From Auanema rhodensis (taxonomy: Eukaryota; Animalia; Nematoda), in the NCBI GenBank assembly GCA_964057225.1, contig OZ059897.1:7130001-7194000 (forward strand): a DNA stretch of 64,000 bases. Reading direction: 5' to 3'. Position numbers and translations under genes: made by a program. Under the pieces are notes generated by a model that saw only the letters and a program-made list of their open reading frames with translations, ran no database searches and was not told the origin of the DNA. Below are positions 1-15,326 of this stretch, one piece after another (the first letter of the stretch is position 1; each line of letters opens with the position of its first letter).

Positions 1-2204
1 TGATAGTAGAATAACACTGAGATAGATTAAGAAATAGAGAAAGAGAGTAAGACATATAGATAAATGAAGAGATCTTTATAGAAAAAAGAAAAAATTAAGT
101 AGGAAAATGCATGTTTGCAAACGCTTTTTCTCTGAAAGAATATGAAGCTTAACTTTCTTATAACTATATAAAGAAAGCATTTGATAGAGGCAGATTCAAA
201 CACTCAAAATAGTTAGATTATACAGTAATTCATTAAGGTAATAAACTAATGTTCATAGATAATTTCATATAACAAGACTATGAATCTTCTTTTACACTTT
301 TAAAAAATGGTCTGATTACGATTGTTTAGTTAAGTATATACATCTGTATAGTTTTTCATTCATTGAATTCTTCATTTTTCTCTTTTCAAATAATATCACA
401 CATAATAGATTACAATTGGATATAGAATATTACTTGATAGATCATACATATTGTTATATATGTCATTCATAATACTTTTTTTTCCCAATAGCAAAACTAA
501 GGTACACAAAGCAAAGTAGTCAATATTTTGAGGTCACGTACACATACATGCCTCCATCTTCCACAATTGTTCCAATTATACTTCATATGTTTAAACGGAA
601 TAGTCTGAGTTTATGGGAATATAACTAATGTATATGATAGATACTTCTTACTGTTCGAAAGTGAATATCTAAATTGCAATTCAGCGCAAAATGCTGTGAA
701 AGAATGAAAGATGAGGAAGTTTGTTTTCAGCGTCATTTAGCGGCGCTTTTCAGGAGAAAAATTGAATTACTCAAAGATCTAAATGTCTCTCTGCTATGTT
801 AGTTCAAATGTTAACCAGTAACAACATGTGGCGGAAGTACACTTATTTTTATTTGTAATTTGGTTATGAGCGGTTGTATTTCTTCTATTAGCTGAATGGT
901 CCAAATTTCACAATCTGTTGTTCAACAATTAAATGCCGGGTTAATAAAGGAACAAAGTCCATGTTACGAGGGAAAAGATCAATTATTCTAAAATTTCTCA
1001 TGAAAAATTAAAAAAGAAAAAAGGTTTTTTTTAAAGTTTCTGACACACAACATAAGATTATTATACACTTCATAAAATCTATACGTTCATCCAACCATCT
1101 ACCCTTACGTTTATTCATTGTCTGTGGCGTATGTGTCGGCCTTTCGTGTTGTCCATGTATTGTTGGCCTTCGTAGGATTCCGCAAGATGGCGATTTTCCT
1201 TAATCTATGAAACTGTCATTTGAAATAACAATTTTGGAGAAATCTTGTAAGAAAAAAAATGAAAAAAAAAAAAAACTTTTCAGAGAAGAATGAGAAGATT
1301 AATATTAGTTGGACTTCATAATAAATAACAACAACAAGGATCACGCAAAACGTAATAGATGTGTTTCTTTAAAATAAAGTATTTAGATCTTTATTGCAAG
1401 AAAGGTTGAAGTTAAGACGTCTTGAATCCAAATTTTCACTGACTGCTGCTATAGTATTCTAATTGAGTCAAACCTAGTATAAGAGATGCAAATGTAAGTG
1501 CATGCAACGGAAAAAAAGGGGATATGACAATAAACAAGAGAACACAGGAATGAAAAAAAATTATTTAAAGTTATAAATATAATTCTTAATATATATATAT
1601 TCATTTTTTAACGTTATTCATCTTTTTCAAGAATTTTAGCTGCACAATAGGATAGAATTCTCAAGTGTGTATTGGTCTATTTGTGAACACCATGACGCGA
1701 TAAAATACAGCTTTAAATGTATTTTTCTTAACGTTAAAATCAAAAAATGAAATTGAAATTAGTGCAGTTGGATAGAGCATAACAAGGAGATTTGAATGAT
1801 ATAAAAGTTTTAAAAAAATATTTGCGTATATAAGTTTTCCACAGCGTCGAGAAAACTCTGAATTGTAAAGTATGCTTTCTTAGAACTGTTATAACATTTT
1901 ATAAAATTAGTTACATGACTAATAACATATACCATTCGATAGAAAAGAGTTTAAGGAATCCAAATATATAAAATTTGGTAAAAAATATATCAGGTACGTA
2001 TGCTTTCTAATTAAAATTCTGCAAAATCGCCATGAATATCGATATGGTTCTCTTTGACAGCTTATAACTTTATGAAAAAAAGTTAAATGTTTATTTTTTT
2101 TATATATTCTGATAGAGAAAAGTCTGTTCTTTCCAATGATATCATTGTTATTCAAAAAAATGAGTTTAAATATATTTTTTTTCAATTTAAAATACAGCTA
2201 TCTA

Positions 2205-2330
2205 CTCACTAGTGCCCCCAATAATCTGGGCGCTAAGCCGGCAGCAAGGGGTCGCGACGGGGTGGCATCATTGGGTAGATATGCGCAGCCAGCCCAGTTG
2301 CAAGTCATTCGCCTAGCGATTAGTTTCTTT
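2205..2330 (+). promoter_or_regulatory. GC-rich proximal promoter of the histone H1 gene
   Basis: Short GC-rich island in AT-rich DNA just upstream of the H1 ATG; CCAAT at 2218-2222, inverted CCAAT (ATTGG) at 2270-2274, palindrome GTCGCGAC at 2251-2258. Confidence 0.55.
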
Positions 2331-2368
2331 CTTGTTACCTACAAGTTTATTCATCTTCTTCATTCATA

Positions 2369-3175
2369 ATGTCTGAGACCGAGGCTACTCCTGTTGTTGC
2401 TGAAGTACAAGAGACTCCTGAAGTCGTGGCCAAGCCAACCAAGTCCGTCAGAGCTGCAAAAGCTCCCAAGCCTGTTAAAGCACCAAAGGCTCCCAAGGCT
2501 CCCAAGGTTCCTAAGGAGAAAGCTCCTAAGTTACCCAAGGAAGCCCCTGCTCATCCAACCTATTCATCCATGATCGCTAAAGCTCTGACTGAGTTAGATA
2601 AGAGAGGAGGATCTTCCAAGCAAGCTATTTTGAAGTACATTCAAGCTAACTACAAAATTGGTACTAACGATGCCCAGGTATAACTTTTTATTAGTTTCTG
2701 TTTTTAATTCATTTTCTTTAGATTAACTCTCATCTTCGTATGGCTATTAAGAAGGGTGTTATCAACGGAGAAATCAAGCAGTTGAAGGGTGTTGGTGCTT
2801 CTGGATCATTCCGCATTGCTGAAAAGAAGGCTGTCAAGCCTAAGGTACATATATAATTAAATAATTAAATTACTAATTATTTCTTTTAAGACTCTCAAGC
2901 CCAAAAAGGTTTCTACCTCTGATATTGCCAAGAAACCTAAGACTCCCAAGGAGAAATCTACCAAGAAAACTGATTCCAAGAAGTCCACAAAGAGTGACTC
3001 TACTAAATCTGCCAAGCCCAAGAAGGCCGCCGGAGAGAAGAAAGCCACCAAGCCTAAGGCCGCCAAGAAGTCCCCTGCCAAGCCTAAGGCCGTTAAGAAA
3101 TCTCCAGCTAAGCCCAAGGCTGCTAAAGCTCAAAAGCCTAAAGTTGCCAAAAAAGCTGCTTCCAAGAAAGAATAA
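2369..3175 (+). CDS. H1: Linker histone H1 (intron-containing, polyadenylated type), 238 aa
   Basis: Exons 2369-2677, 2722-2844 and 2891-3175 joined by GT-AG introns give one ORF. Globular domain HPTYSSMIAKALTELDKRGGSSKQAILKYIQANY..INSHLRMAIKKGV..QLKGVGASGSFRI, K/A/P-rich tails with KSPAK motifs, AATAAA at 3315-3320. Confidence 0.97.
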
Positions 3176-5174
3176 GTTATTATATCAGCATGTAATATTA
3201 TATTGAAACCAGTATGCTTTTATCACTAACACGACGAGTTACTTTATCCGAGTAGATCTCATGTATATATTTTGCATTGTTGCTCAAAAAATGTTGTTCT
3301 ATGCATTTAAAGATAATAAAACTGCTTAATTTTCATTTCTGTTTCTCTTTTTGAATTTTGGGCGGTGGAGTGCACAATGCATCTCTTGATTTTGAATAAG
3401 ATGCTAGATATTGGTTGTATATGGGGGTTCAAGTGCTCCTCTATATAGTGAATATATGATGTCAATTATTGTTGCAGTGCAATGGTTTAGAGATTATCTT
3501 CGCTCTTCGGGATGTGATTGTTGTAGCAAAAGTTGTAATTTTTATTGTATAGGTGTTACCTTGTAACCTAAAAATAATCCACAACATTGCTACTTGACAG
3601 GTTGAGGTCATTGAGATGTGACTATGAAATTCATTTAGTTTTGCTTACTCTTACGATTTTTCGAAGAAAACACTTGTTTTCGTAATTCATCTATAGTTCT
3701 CTTCCTTTATGCCATGCGATTAGACGGTGCCAAAAAGACCGCTTTTGAATATCACGCGAGTCTGTGGGAGCACTTGTACGCGTGACAGGTGCTATTGTCT
3801 TTGAGAGAGTGACCTGACGATTTGTTTGCGCCATTGCCATAGCTTTGCTTTACATATTTTGTGTGACGTCATATGGATAAGTGTGAGGATAAATCGGAAT
3901 ATGGGCATGTGTGCATTTGGTCAGAAGAGAAGTACGAGCTTAGATTAGGGGAGGGGTGGGTTGCATTCTCAAAATATCCGATTTATCGGGGTCATGCTCG
4001 TTTTTGTCTGTGTATGCATTTATGATTGCAACTGTCCTTCATTATCGTTTGTTTTTCTCTTTGCATTCATATTCTTGTCTTCAAATGAATTGAGTATAAT
4101 AATTACGGTTCCGAAGTTAGTATGTTGTTCTGTGGTTGCTGTAGACAGAAGAAACTACAGCTGCGTGAGGTCATCTATGATGTGAACAGGTGTTGAGACG
4201 AACGACTATTCAAGAATGTCTCTCAGGACACTCAGCAACAGTAGTTATAGTCTAATGCATATATACCAATCAAATCTTTGAACAGATATAGAAGCGAAAT
4301 GGAGCGAAAACGAGAAAATGAGGGAAGGATTGGGTCAGATATAGTATTGAAAAGTGTGAGAGAAGTGTTAGTTATGAATGCATTTATTTATATTCCATAG
4401 ATTTGTATATAAGATTTGAAACGAATAATAACAGTAAGAGATGATAACGATAATAGTAAAGTTCATTATAGAAGACGAAACTTATTTAAATTATATAGAT
4501 TATATATATTTATGTATATATATAGATTATAGATAAACATTTATATAAATATTTACACATACAAACATACAACTATTGTCTGTACATCCATATATCGGCA
4601 TAGCGATTATGATGATCAGCATGGTTATATTTCTAACGAAATATATCAGATATTATCATTATAAATCTAATTATTTTCAAATATAAAGATAGCGACAAAG
4701 AGAGAGGGAGAGACAAAGATATAGTATATGGTTAAGAGGATAAAGAGAGATGGGAAGGAAGGGAGGGGGGGGGCGCGAAGAGACAAAAATAATACGGAGA
4801 GGGGAGTGAGTAATGATTAAAATATATAATAAAACCAGTAAAAGAAATTGGATCTCTTTAGGCTAATGTATTTTCCAGCCACAAACCATATCGGCAATTT
4901 ATCTGACGGACGATTTGCAATACGATGGATGAATTGCTTTGTCAGTTTGCGATAGGTACGAGATCGAACATCTAAGGATAGCAGGCTTGGAGTTGATGAT
5001 GATGGAAAATTAAAGTTTCCCCCTAGGGGTTGAAGTGAACATTGCGTGAAATCTTCATTTGAACCGTTGTATACCCACGATTTGGAAGATTTTTCGGAAG
5101 TTAAAAGTTGGAAGAAGGTTGTAAGGAACACTTAATATAAGACAGAAATGCCGCAAAAAAGGAGAATAAAACAT

Positions 5175-8100
5175 TTAGTTAGGATAATCAATCTGGAAGA
5201 ATGGTGATTTGAATTTTCTATCCAAATCCTCGTCATCGTGAGCCTGCAAAAGAATAATTATAATGAAAGATTATTGTGAATTTGAATATAAAACCTTGTC
5301 GGGATGATCCATATGATTTGCTTCTAGAATTTCTTCAGAACGAACTGGAAGGAAATCTTTCTCTTCGAAAGAGCCAACTTGAGCATTTGAGGAAACGACT
5401 GGTACTGAAGCTGGCTGAAACATGATGACATTATGCTGACCATTTCTAATATTTTTTTTTCATTTCCAAAGAATAAGGATTTAATTGAAAAGTGTAACCA
5501 ATGGTAAGGAACATTTTTTGAAGATTTTATAGTTAGAACAACCGGTTTACGTCAAGCAAAACTGTGAAATAGGTTGATGTATGCGTACGTTTAGATGAAT
5601 TAAAAAAATTTTTTTTTTTTTGGTTTCTAACGGATTTCCAATTTTTGCATTTGATTGTCAGCATTGTTCTGCTTAATGCTAAACTTGAATGCTGTTGATA
5701 TTAGGACTTAGACAAGGAACTAATTGTATAATATGATGTTTTAATAGTTTTAGGCTATTCCGTCATTCTGAATATATTCAAATGTGTGCCATTTTCTATT
5801 GACATCGTTCGATGACGTTCAATCAAGATGACTAATTCAGATAAAGAAGCCATTCACTAGCACATGTCACTGGAGAAAAAAAATATTTGTGACGATGTGA
5901 ATACTTTGGATTATCTATTGGCAGCAGTGCTACTATGCCAATCAAAAAATAGTTCATATTCCATTGCATTGTTATTGGAATTGTCAATAGCTTTCTTTTG
6001 AAAAAAAAAAGAAAAGAAAAGAACAGAAAATTCAAAAACAAAACCTCAATATCCTTAGCTGATTCGGGTTGTGTATGTTGCCATGTGTTAGCATGGAAAT
6101 CATCTGATTTCTCAATGCTTTGAGGCTTATTATCGATTACAACATCTACTGGAACATTAAAGCTTTCCTGAAAACAATCAAGTACAACATTACTAACGTT
6201 GAGATAAACAGATAATCTGTTTATCACAATTCGTGAACTCTTACCTGTCTGGGAAAGTTATCGATTCCTGAGCTATCTTGAGATGATCCCCAATGATTTG
6301 ATGATTCAGAGTCGAAAGAAGAAGCAACTGGGTTAGGTTGGAAAGGGAAATCCTAAATATAATTATGAAAAAAATAAATTTTTTCTATTTTATTCACAAA
6401 CCTTGTTGTTGTTGTTGTTGTTGTTGTTATTATTATTGTTATTGTTACCAGCCCAATCATTATTCCAAGTTTGAGTCCAACGCTCATCATCTCCACCATT
6501 CATGTACCATGGTCGTTGCTTCATTTGTTGTTGATGCTCATTAGCTGTTCCAATAATTGGAAGCTAAAATACATACAACAATTGTAAGACGATTTCAAGA
6601 AAAAGCTTTTTGTACCTGATTCTGAAGTGGTAAAGGGAATTGGTTTTGACGTCCAAGAGTTGGCATTGGTGGCTAAATATTATATAATTTAGATATTTAT
6701 AATTAATATAATATTACCATATTGAAGAATGGTCCTTGATTATTGAATTCAAATTGATTTCCCATTTCCCATCTTCTGTTTGGCATATCGGGAATGAATG
6801 CATCCTATAAGAATAACCCCATTGAAATATTGAATTTAGAAAAATCCTCTTCATACCCCAACTGGTCTGTCAAAGTGATTGTCATTGAAAAGGAAGTTAT
6901 CGTTGTAATTTTCCTTAAAAAAATGATTGAACTCGGCATTCAGGTCAATGAAAATACCTCGAATTCAGGCATCTGTGGGCGGCGATCCCATTGATTTGGA
7001 GTCCATTTTGGAATTCTGTAAAAACAAATATGAAAGTTCTTAATATATTCAGCAGTTTTCTTGAGAAATATTAATCGTCTTGACAGAGAAAGTTAATAGG
7101 AGAAGTGTTATTCAGAAATATTTTCTTTCTTTCGAAGCTTTGCTCACCGTGGACCATTCCATCTGTCAAATTGTGGTGGAAGACCCATTAAGAAAGGAAG
7201 AGGTGGAGGTGGTTGACGGAAACTGTATAAGTAAGGTTAATATGATTAGTAAGATCAGGTTGTTAATATGAAATATTAGAAAAGAAAAGGTTTTATTACA
7301 AACCTGTCATATTCAACGTAGTCATCATCACGGTTGAAAGGTCCGAAGTGTTGTTTAGGTACAGCAACTTCTCCGAAACCATCTTCCCAAGCTCTTTGAG
7401 ACTGAAATATTTCAAGTATTTCGTAAAATGCTATGAAATGATGTTTCTTATATGATTATAATACACAAAATCAAATATAACATTTCCGTATTTCTCTATA
7501 TTAAGCAAAAAAAATAAATTGGAGTATTTACCATTCCACTGTGCTCCTCAGGTTGAATTGGCTTAACTTCAATAACATGAACTTGCATATCTCCAGTTAA
7601 CCCAAGATCTGAAGCTTTCTGTCTCATCTTCTCTAAGATGTTGCGCAAGAATACAAAACGAGCATCTCCCTCAGCTGATGAATCGTCATTCTTGAAATAG
7701 ATATCATTACATATAATTCAAATAAAATTAATTATTTATTATTAATAATTATTATTAAGCACATAATCTTTTTAGTTGATTTAGTTTCGATTCACTTAGA
7801 GTAACTAAGATTCACGGCCTGTCGGAACACTTTGTATACCCATATCAAACTATACGTATATAGAAGTGAAAGAGAGAGAGAGAGAGAGATAGAGAGAAAT
7901 ATGCTGTTCCTGAACCAACTACGGAGACCAAAGTACAAAGTTTATATTAATTTATATTTATATTTATATTATTCAAGAAAATGTAGTTTTTTTAAAAATG
8001 AGATCAGAGGGGTTTTTAATATTCTGATGAACAACATCTATTAGTACTTTCACGAATCCCTTCATTTAGCTATATCCTTTGATTTGGAATAAATTATAAA

Positions 8101-10269
8101 TTGTAAAGCTTTTACTGTTTTTGTAGTATAATACAACCGCTTTACGTTGAAATTAACATAAAAATGAACTAATTAATCCAATTTATGCAAAATAATTATT
8201 TTGAAAAGATTCAAATTATTCAAAAAAACAAAATATTTTTCTTTTTATCTTTTTCTTTGTTTTTAAAATTTTAAAATTCGAAAAATACTCAGAAAATAGA
8301 GTTAGGCTTAGTTGTTGAGCTGTCGTTTTAATGTTTCTTTTCAGGTTTTTTTCTGATCTGATACTTTATAAAACCTGTATACGTAATGATTACATGAGTG
8401 GAGGGTAAGACGTGATGTTTTGAAAGCATAAAACAAGGAAAAACCCACGATGAAAATGAATTCATCAAGTTTTTACGACTTTTACATACGCATTTATAGA
8501 AAATAATTGAGAGATTTAGTTGAATTTCGGATAATGACAACTAGTTGACTCGTCATTCACTCAAGCCGATTATATATTTCAATAGAAAGAGAGAGAGGGA
8601 AAGAGAAAAGCGGTAGTTTTTGACAAAATACCGACATTAATACCCTCAGGGCAGTTTAAACGAGAAAATTATTGAATGAGATGTGCTTATATATATCTTA
8701 CCGATTTCTTGTTTTCTTCGGTTATTTCGTTGTCATCAAGACTGTTTGATACAGTGGGTGTTTCAAGTAGAGGCAAAGCTTGATGTCTAAAACAGGATAA
8801 AATGGGTTTTGTCTTTCAATAGAATGTAGAAAATTCTTACGTTGGTCTGTTACTAAAAGCTAATCTTTCGTCAAGAGGCTGGTTTGGCTGTTTCTGCTGT
8901 TGCTGTTGTTGGACTTGAGATAATAACTCGTAGCCAAGCATTCGTTGACGAAGTTCAGCCCTAAGGAGTGAAGTTTACAATACGTTTTGTTATACTGATA
9001 ATAGAATACCATTTGAGTCTAAGATAAGCTTGATCTCTTTGGCGGTTATAAGAGATTTCAGAGATTGTAAGACAGAGAAGTACAATGAAGAAAGCACCAA
9101 TACACCAGGAAAGAACTGTAATGATAATGTTTTAGCTATTCCATATGATGGATTTTCAATTTACTTCCACAGCTTTTCATTAAAGCCTTTCTAGCTGGTG
9201 GACCACGTGGAATAATGATTGGAGCTGGCGAAATGGATGGAGATGATGTGTTACTATCAATAGGAATCTGAATCCAAGGATAAAACTGATTAAAGAAGAA
9301 GAAACATTGAATACCTTTGTCATATCCCCATTACTTTCAGATTTGATGGGATCAGCTTTCTTCGTGCCATCCTTATCACCTAGACCAACTGTAAATACTT
9401 TCATCCTTGGTTGATGAACCTACAATTCGAATATATGAAATGAAATTAACAAGAAAGAAACAAGAAAGCATTGATTCTGGGTCAAAGGAACTAGAGAAAA
9501 TGAAAAGACAACATACTGAAACTATGTAATTTCTGTATTTTATACTGCAGAATAACTATAATGTATCCGGAAAAGAATGAAGATGTGACCCTCTCTCTCT
9601 CACTATTTGAGGAATTGAGGACTGAATCGTGAAAGAATGACACAAATTGAAATATTGTGCGAAAAAAGCCGCTTATTTACACGGAAAAGACGATTTTTTT
9701 GGATAAATTGAGAACATTTTTTTGATTAAAGAAAGGAAGTTAGCATGAGATGTTTCCTGGTGGTTGGAGAGAATATGTGCCAGAGACAGTCCAGCACAGA
9801 CAGAGCAGAACATGGTTTTGATCTTTAAAATATTTGAATCAAATAACACAAATAGAAAATGAAGATGAAAGGACAGTGGAATGAAAAGTCAAACAAGCCT
9901 TGGAGCATTGGATTGGAAAGGTATGGATTAGAGAATGGATGGTTCACAGGATAGTTTCAGGTGACCCTGACAGGAAGTTTCATTTGCAACCGGATAAAGG
10001 TTTAACTATACTATTCATACATATTCAAAATTGTACTAAAAATGAAAAGATAATGATGATGAGGATGAAGAGGTGAAGAGAAGATGATGATAATGAGATG
10101 ATGAAGCAATAGAAGGAGAGAAGAGTATCGTTATACGGAAATGAGATAACGAAGAATGTGGTTTCTAAATTGTTTGTATACTTCTTGTTCGCACACTAGA
10201 GTTCAAGACTCTTCAGATATGTATATGATTGAATGACGGAATATCGTTTATGTGTTATATATATTCATA

Positions 10270-10300
<31 letters not shown>

Positions 10301-12108
10301 TTAGAAGAAGAATATAGTTTCTAAATGCACATGTATCAGGTATTAGTCTGAAAATGCAGAAGCGATTGCTAGAAATCTAGATGTTCGATGAACTGACACA
10401 CACACACACACACACACATAGACCACATCATCACAGGTTGAAGCAAATGTTGGCTATTTGGTCAACAAGGCGTAACCGATGCAATTGGGTTTGAGCTAGA
10501 ATAAGCGAGGAACAGTAGAAGATGTCGTAACCTGATCTCACATGTAGCTATGATGTATGTGAATGAATAATAAAAGTTTCTAATCTTTAGAAGATGCATA
10601 AGCAGGTAAGGAGGTAAACGAAGTGAAAACAGAAGGAAAAGTCTAATATTTAGAGTTTTGATTGATAACCGAAGTGCTTCTGAAGTATATAACGAATACA
10701 ATGAGAATATTCCAGTTTTCATCATCCCTCCATATTCCATTTATGGGACTTTACTCTAACAGTCTAGATATATATACTCTCTCTACATCTAATGATTTGT
10801 ATCTGCTCTCTAATTCTAATAGTTGTGTTTGAATGAAACCGGATTCTGCCTGAGGGTCTGGGTGAATGTCTGTGTTGAGGTAGCATCCTCAACATCATCA
10901 TCATCATCATCATCATCACCACCATCATCATCATCATCATCATCACTACTACCATCATCGTCAAAATTCAATAACAAGAGAAATTTGTATTTTAGAGGAT
11001 TGAAATAGAATGTTTATCATACACAATAATTTTGTATGAGAAATTGAAACAAAATCTCTCAAATAGCATCAAAGTATATGAAAAAGTTTAGAAAAAAAGC
11101 TGTTTAATGATACAAAATCCCAAATGATTATCTCAAAAAATCATTGGAACAGATCAAAAAAAATAAAAGTAAATATGGGAGATTTGAGAAATAAATTGGT
11201 TGGTTAGTATGAAGAACAACCGATGGATGCGTGATCTCTCAAGCAAAATGACGTGAACGTTTCACGTTTACTTTTCAATGGAAGTATAACTCCGAGACTG
11301 AGAGGCTAATAATGAGGAAGACTGGGAAGAGGAAAATGGTTAAAGTTTTGAATGCAAAGTGGAATGAGGAGGAAGGTGAAGAAGGACGAAGAGAGTGAGA
11401 GTGAGAGAAAATGAATTTGGTTGGAAGAAAAAAAAATCAAAGACAATGCATCATTCGCTTGAAAAGCTATTTTGATTTTAAACCAGACAGCTTTTTGCGT
11501 TAAAGAAAACATGGTTCGAGAAATGCTCCAGAAGACTGTTTGAACTAATGTAAGAGGGTCAAGAATTGCATGTGAGATTCATGATTCGGGAACATCAATA
11601 GAGTGAGACAGACAGAGAATTGGAAAACGAAGCTGATGATGAGATGATGATGATGATGATGTTGTTGATATTGATGTGAAAAGTGGAACGACAACATGAC
11701 ATCCATAGTTGAGGAGCACAGTAGCGTCATCAGAAGGGATGGTAAAGAAGATGAAGAAGTAGGCGAGTAATAATTTGAAAGAAAAACATGAAGTAAAGTT
11801 TTAAAAAATATTTTGTTGGAACTTAAATCGTTATAAAAGATCTAAAAGAGATTACAACCATTATTATAACTATTAAGATGAGTCATAATAGTCAATAATA
11901 GTTTTGATCCTACTTTACATGTGTTTCGAGTTTGAAAGAAAATGAGAAAAAATAATTTTTTTTGAGGAAAAAAAGTCAAAACATGAGGGTATGACGCATA
12001 AATTACCGACACATAATCAACATCAACATGGGAAAAACTTAATGTCAAGTGTTTTCTAACTTATAAAGACTGATTTTAAATTTTGTTTTTCCTTCAATTC
12101 ATCCAAGG

Positions 12109-12168
<60 letters not shown>

Positions 12169-15100
12169 TTTCTTTCCCATTTTCAACATCGGCCAACAGG
12201 TTTCAATCAGATTTTGAAAAATTGAAGAATTAGAATGAAGAAGGGAGGGAAGAGGAGCGTATGGGTCGGAGGTCGGAGAATGATGAATGACGACGATGAA
12301 AAAGCCGCTTTTCAATGATAGGTCACAGCGACCGTAGTTTATAACAGCTTGAAGTAGATTTGACCACCAACTGAACTGGACAGATTTATTCCAGAAAAGG
12401 ACAGGCTAAAAGCGACTGAAGAGGACAGACGACAACTAGTTCTCAAGTTGAAATATTTGAAAAAAAAAAAGAAAAAAGAATAAGTCAGGTCAGATACAAT
12501 ATAAATACATATATTTATACATATTAGGCATGATTTGCTTCTTCTATTTTTTGCTTAAAAGTCGCATAGTAAAAGTGAGGCTTTAAGCTTTTTTGAACAA
12601 ATGGCGATTCGAAAGTGAACAGAGTGGTTGGTGTGAGAAAGATCGAAACTTCTACTACTACTTCAGCTATTCATCTAAGCGTTTAAGCTGTCTAGTGTGA
12701 ATTGATGAAGTCGTAATAGAAGAAAAATCAAGCGTTTTACGATAATGATGTTGGAACAAGAAGGAATGTAGAGCGTCGTCGTGAGGTGATGTAAGCTGTA
12801 TAGAATTAAGTGAAACGATCTGAACTGAAGATTGAGAAAAGACATCTGTTAGACAGCTATCGTCTTGGAACCGTCAACAGACATCGTTGACGTGAAGTTC
12901 TATGAATTTTGAAAAGAAAAAAAAGACAAAGAAAATCAGAAATAAAAAGGTGTGAAAACAAATTTTCGGAGCTGGTAGGTAGTGGACTGTTGTCTATCTT
13001 CGGAACTCTTTTCTCTCTTTCTTTTTCTCTCTCTCTTCAGGTTCAGTTCATGTTTCTTTTCTATCTTTCTATATTCACTCCTCTCTTTCTGAACATACAG
13101 ACCGTTTACTAACGGTATTTTTCACCGTCTTCGTCTCTTTTCACCAGCTTCTGTCGTTGTCTTTCAGCTGTCGAGTCAAAGCTTCAGCAATTGCAAAGAA
13201 TCGAAAAATGACCGGTTGCTGGTCTACATTGGTTGAAGCACTGTCCACAGAGCACAAGAGAGACAAGCACACATACCCACACACAAACAGATCTACATAG
13301 CGAGGGAGAACGAGAGAATGAGAGAAAGAGAGAGAGGGAGAGAGAGAATGGAGGGAATGAAATCATGAAGAAAAATCTTTTTAGTTCATTCATCTCACCA
13401 CAGGCTATGTGCGTCGGTAGGAGCGGTGCGCGTTAAAACTAAAATTTTTCTTCTGCACAACGAACTCTAGAAAACAGACAATGAGCAATACTTTTTTTCA
13501 ATTTTTTGCTTAAATCAAAGGAAAAGCTTTGCAACCTGCTGAAGCAACATGGTTTGAACATTCGTTAGAGAGCGTCAAAGACATCCGATTTCGGTTTATA
13601 AACATTTGAATTGACGACAAATTTGAGAAAAAAACAGAAAAAGAGTAAAGAGAATGAGACAAGTATTAGGGATTTTCCAATACTCTCTATATGTCTCTAT
13701 CTCTCTATCTATCTCTTTATCAATCTAATAGACTTAATACGTTTAATTAGAAATTAAATTCCAAAAAAAGTTGTGTCCATCATCATCATCATGTTCATTA
13801 CAATCAACAAAACGAAATCATATGATCAATTAGCTATTTTAAGAATTTTAAGAATTTGTTGTTAAAAATTGATAAAATTAGTTTTTGATCGTAAAGTAAA
13901 AAAAACAGAAAAAGTCTTGAAGTTTCTTCATTAAAAATGAGAAATTGCAACTGAAATTGACATTGAAAATTTTCAGAATTGATACTAATAGCTCTTGAGG
14001 TATTGAAATCATTTCCAATTTCTATTATTTGAAGGTTTTTCGAAGAAATAAAAAAAAAAGAAGAAAATGTATTCAAATGAAGATGTTGAAGAGGTTTTGA
14101 GAGGATGAAAATAAGAAAAAGTTGTTCAAGTTGATAAGTTCATATGATAATCGGAATGTTACTAAACATTACACTGACCTAATATATAAATTATTTTTCT
14201 AATAAAAAGAATGATCATCATCTAATGACCAAATGCTAGTATAACGACTAGTAATAGTGATAATACGAGATGACAACAAACATCAACAACGAAAAACAAA
14301 AATTACTGTTGATAATGGGATTATTTAATCGTTTGAATCATTAATAATTTCTTTTTTAAAGAAAAAAAAGAGTACAGGGAGTGACCTGAATTCAGATTTG
14401 CCCTTTTGCATCAAAGAAAAAACCAATCTAGTTTGATATAGAATAAAGAAAATGAATTGACAAGGTTAATACTTACTGATGATGATGGTGATGATGATTT
14501 TCATTATTTTGATAGAAAGGTTTGATTTTTAATTTTATGTTACGTAATATAGTAATCGTTTAGCAACAATATACGTATTTAAAGGAGAAAAAAAAACAAA
14601 TAAAAAAGTAGAAAAGTATAAAGAGAGAGAGAGAGAAATGCTAAGAGGGGCTGGGAGAGAGAAAGGAGTTAAAAATCATTTCGAAAGATGATCCAGCCAA
14701 TTGAAAAACATGTCTGGAAGAGAACGAGCACAGGTTGTTTGAGGCGTTCATTTCTAAGAAAACTGATGATGATGATAACGTCATTGCAGCCGTTACATTC
14801 TCTCTCTCTCTCTCTCTCAACCATGTTCCCCCTTTCCCTCCCCTTTAATATGCTGAGATGATGTTTCTGAGACAGGCATATAAGAGATTTTTAACTTTGT
14901 CATCATCTCTTAACCATTTTGCCTTCATTCTTTATCCTCTTCAAATTCTATTCAAGAAAACAACTCTCTTTCCTCCATAAAGGTCATATACACAAAGAAG
15001 ATTTTATACTATTTTCGGTGACAATGAAGATGATGATGATAGGTAAAAGATCTGAAGAACATGAATTGTAACTCTGATTTTCATCCAGGTCAACATGTGA

Positions 15101-15284
15101 TTACAGATGGTTAAAAATGGATACAACCGATAGCCGTCAAGCAATTAAAGAAATGAAATCTCGTATATCACGCGGTTTTCACGTTATATGTATGTTATGT
15201 ATCATCTCATCATGTTTGATGTCTGCTCACAGTAAGTTATACAATACATTTATAGCCAAGAAAGATAAAGAAACAGAGAGATAT

Positions 15285-15326
<42 letters not shown>

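Noticed and set aside
700-1210. Coding-looking stretches upstream of H1
   Set aside because: I could not build a consistent spliced ORF or recognise a motif.
2857-3206. Overlapping antisense and alternative-frame ORFs over H1 exon 3
   Set aside because: Shadow frames of the low-complexity K/A/P tail.
8301-8311. TTAGGCTTAG telomere-like word
   Set aside because: Fewer than two repeat units; expected by chance.
10872-10896. TGAGGTAG let-7-like seed in a small hairpin
   Set aside because: Stem is only ~8 bp and the rest does not match let-7 family sequences.
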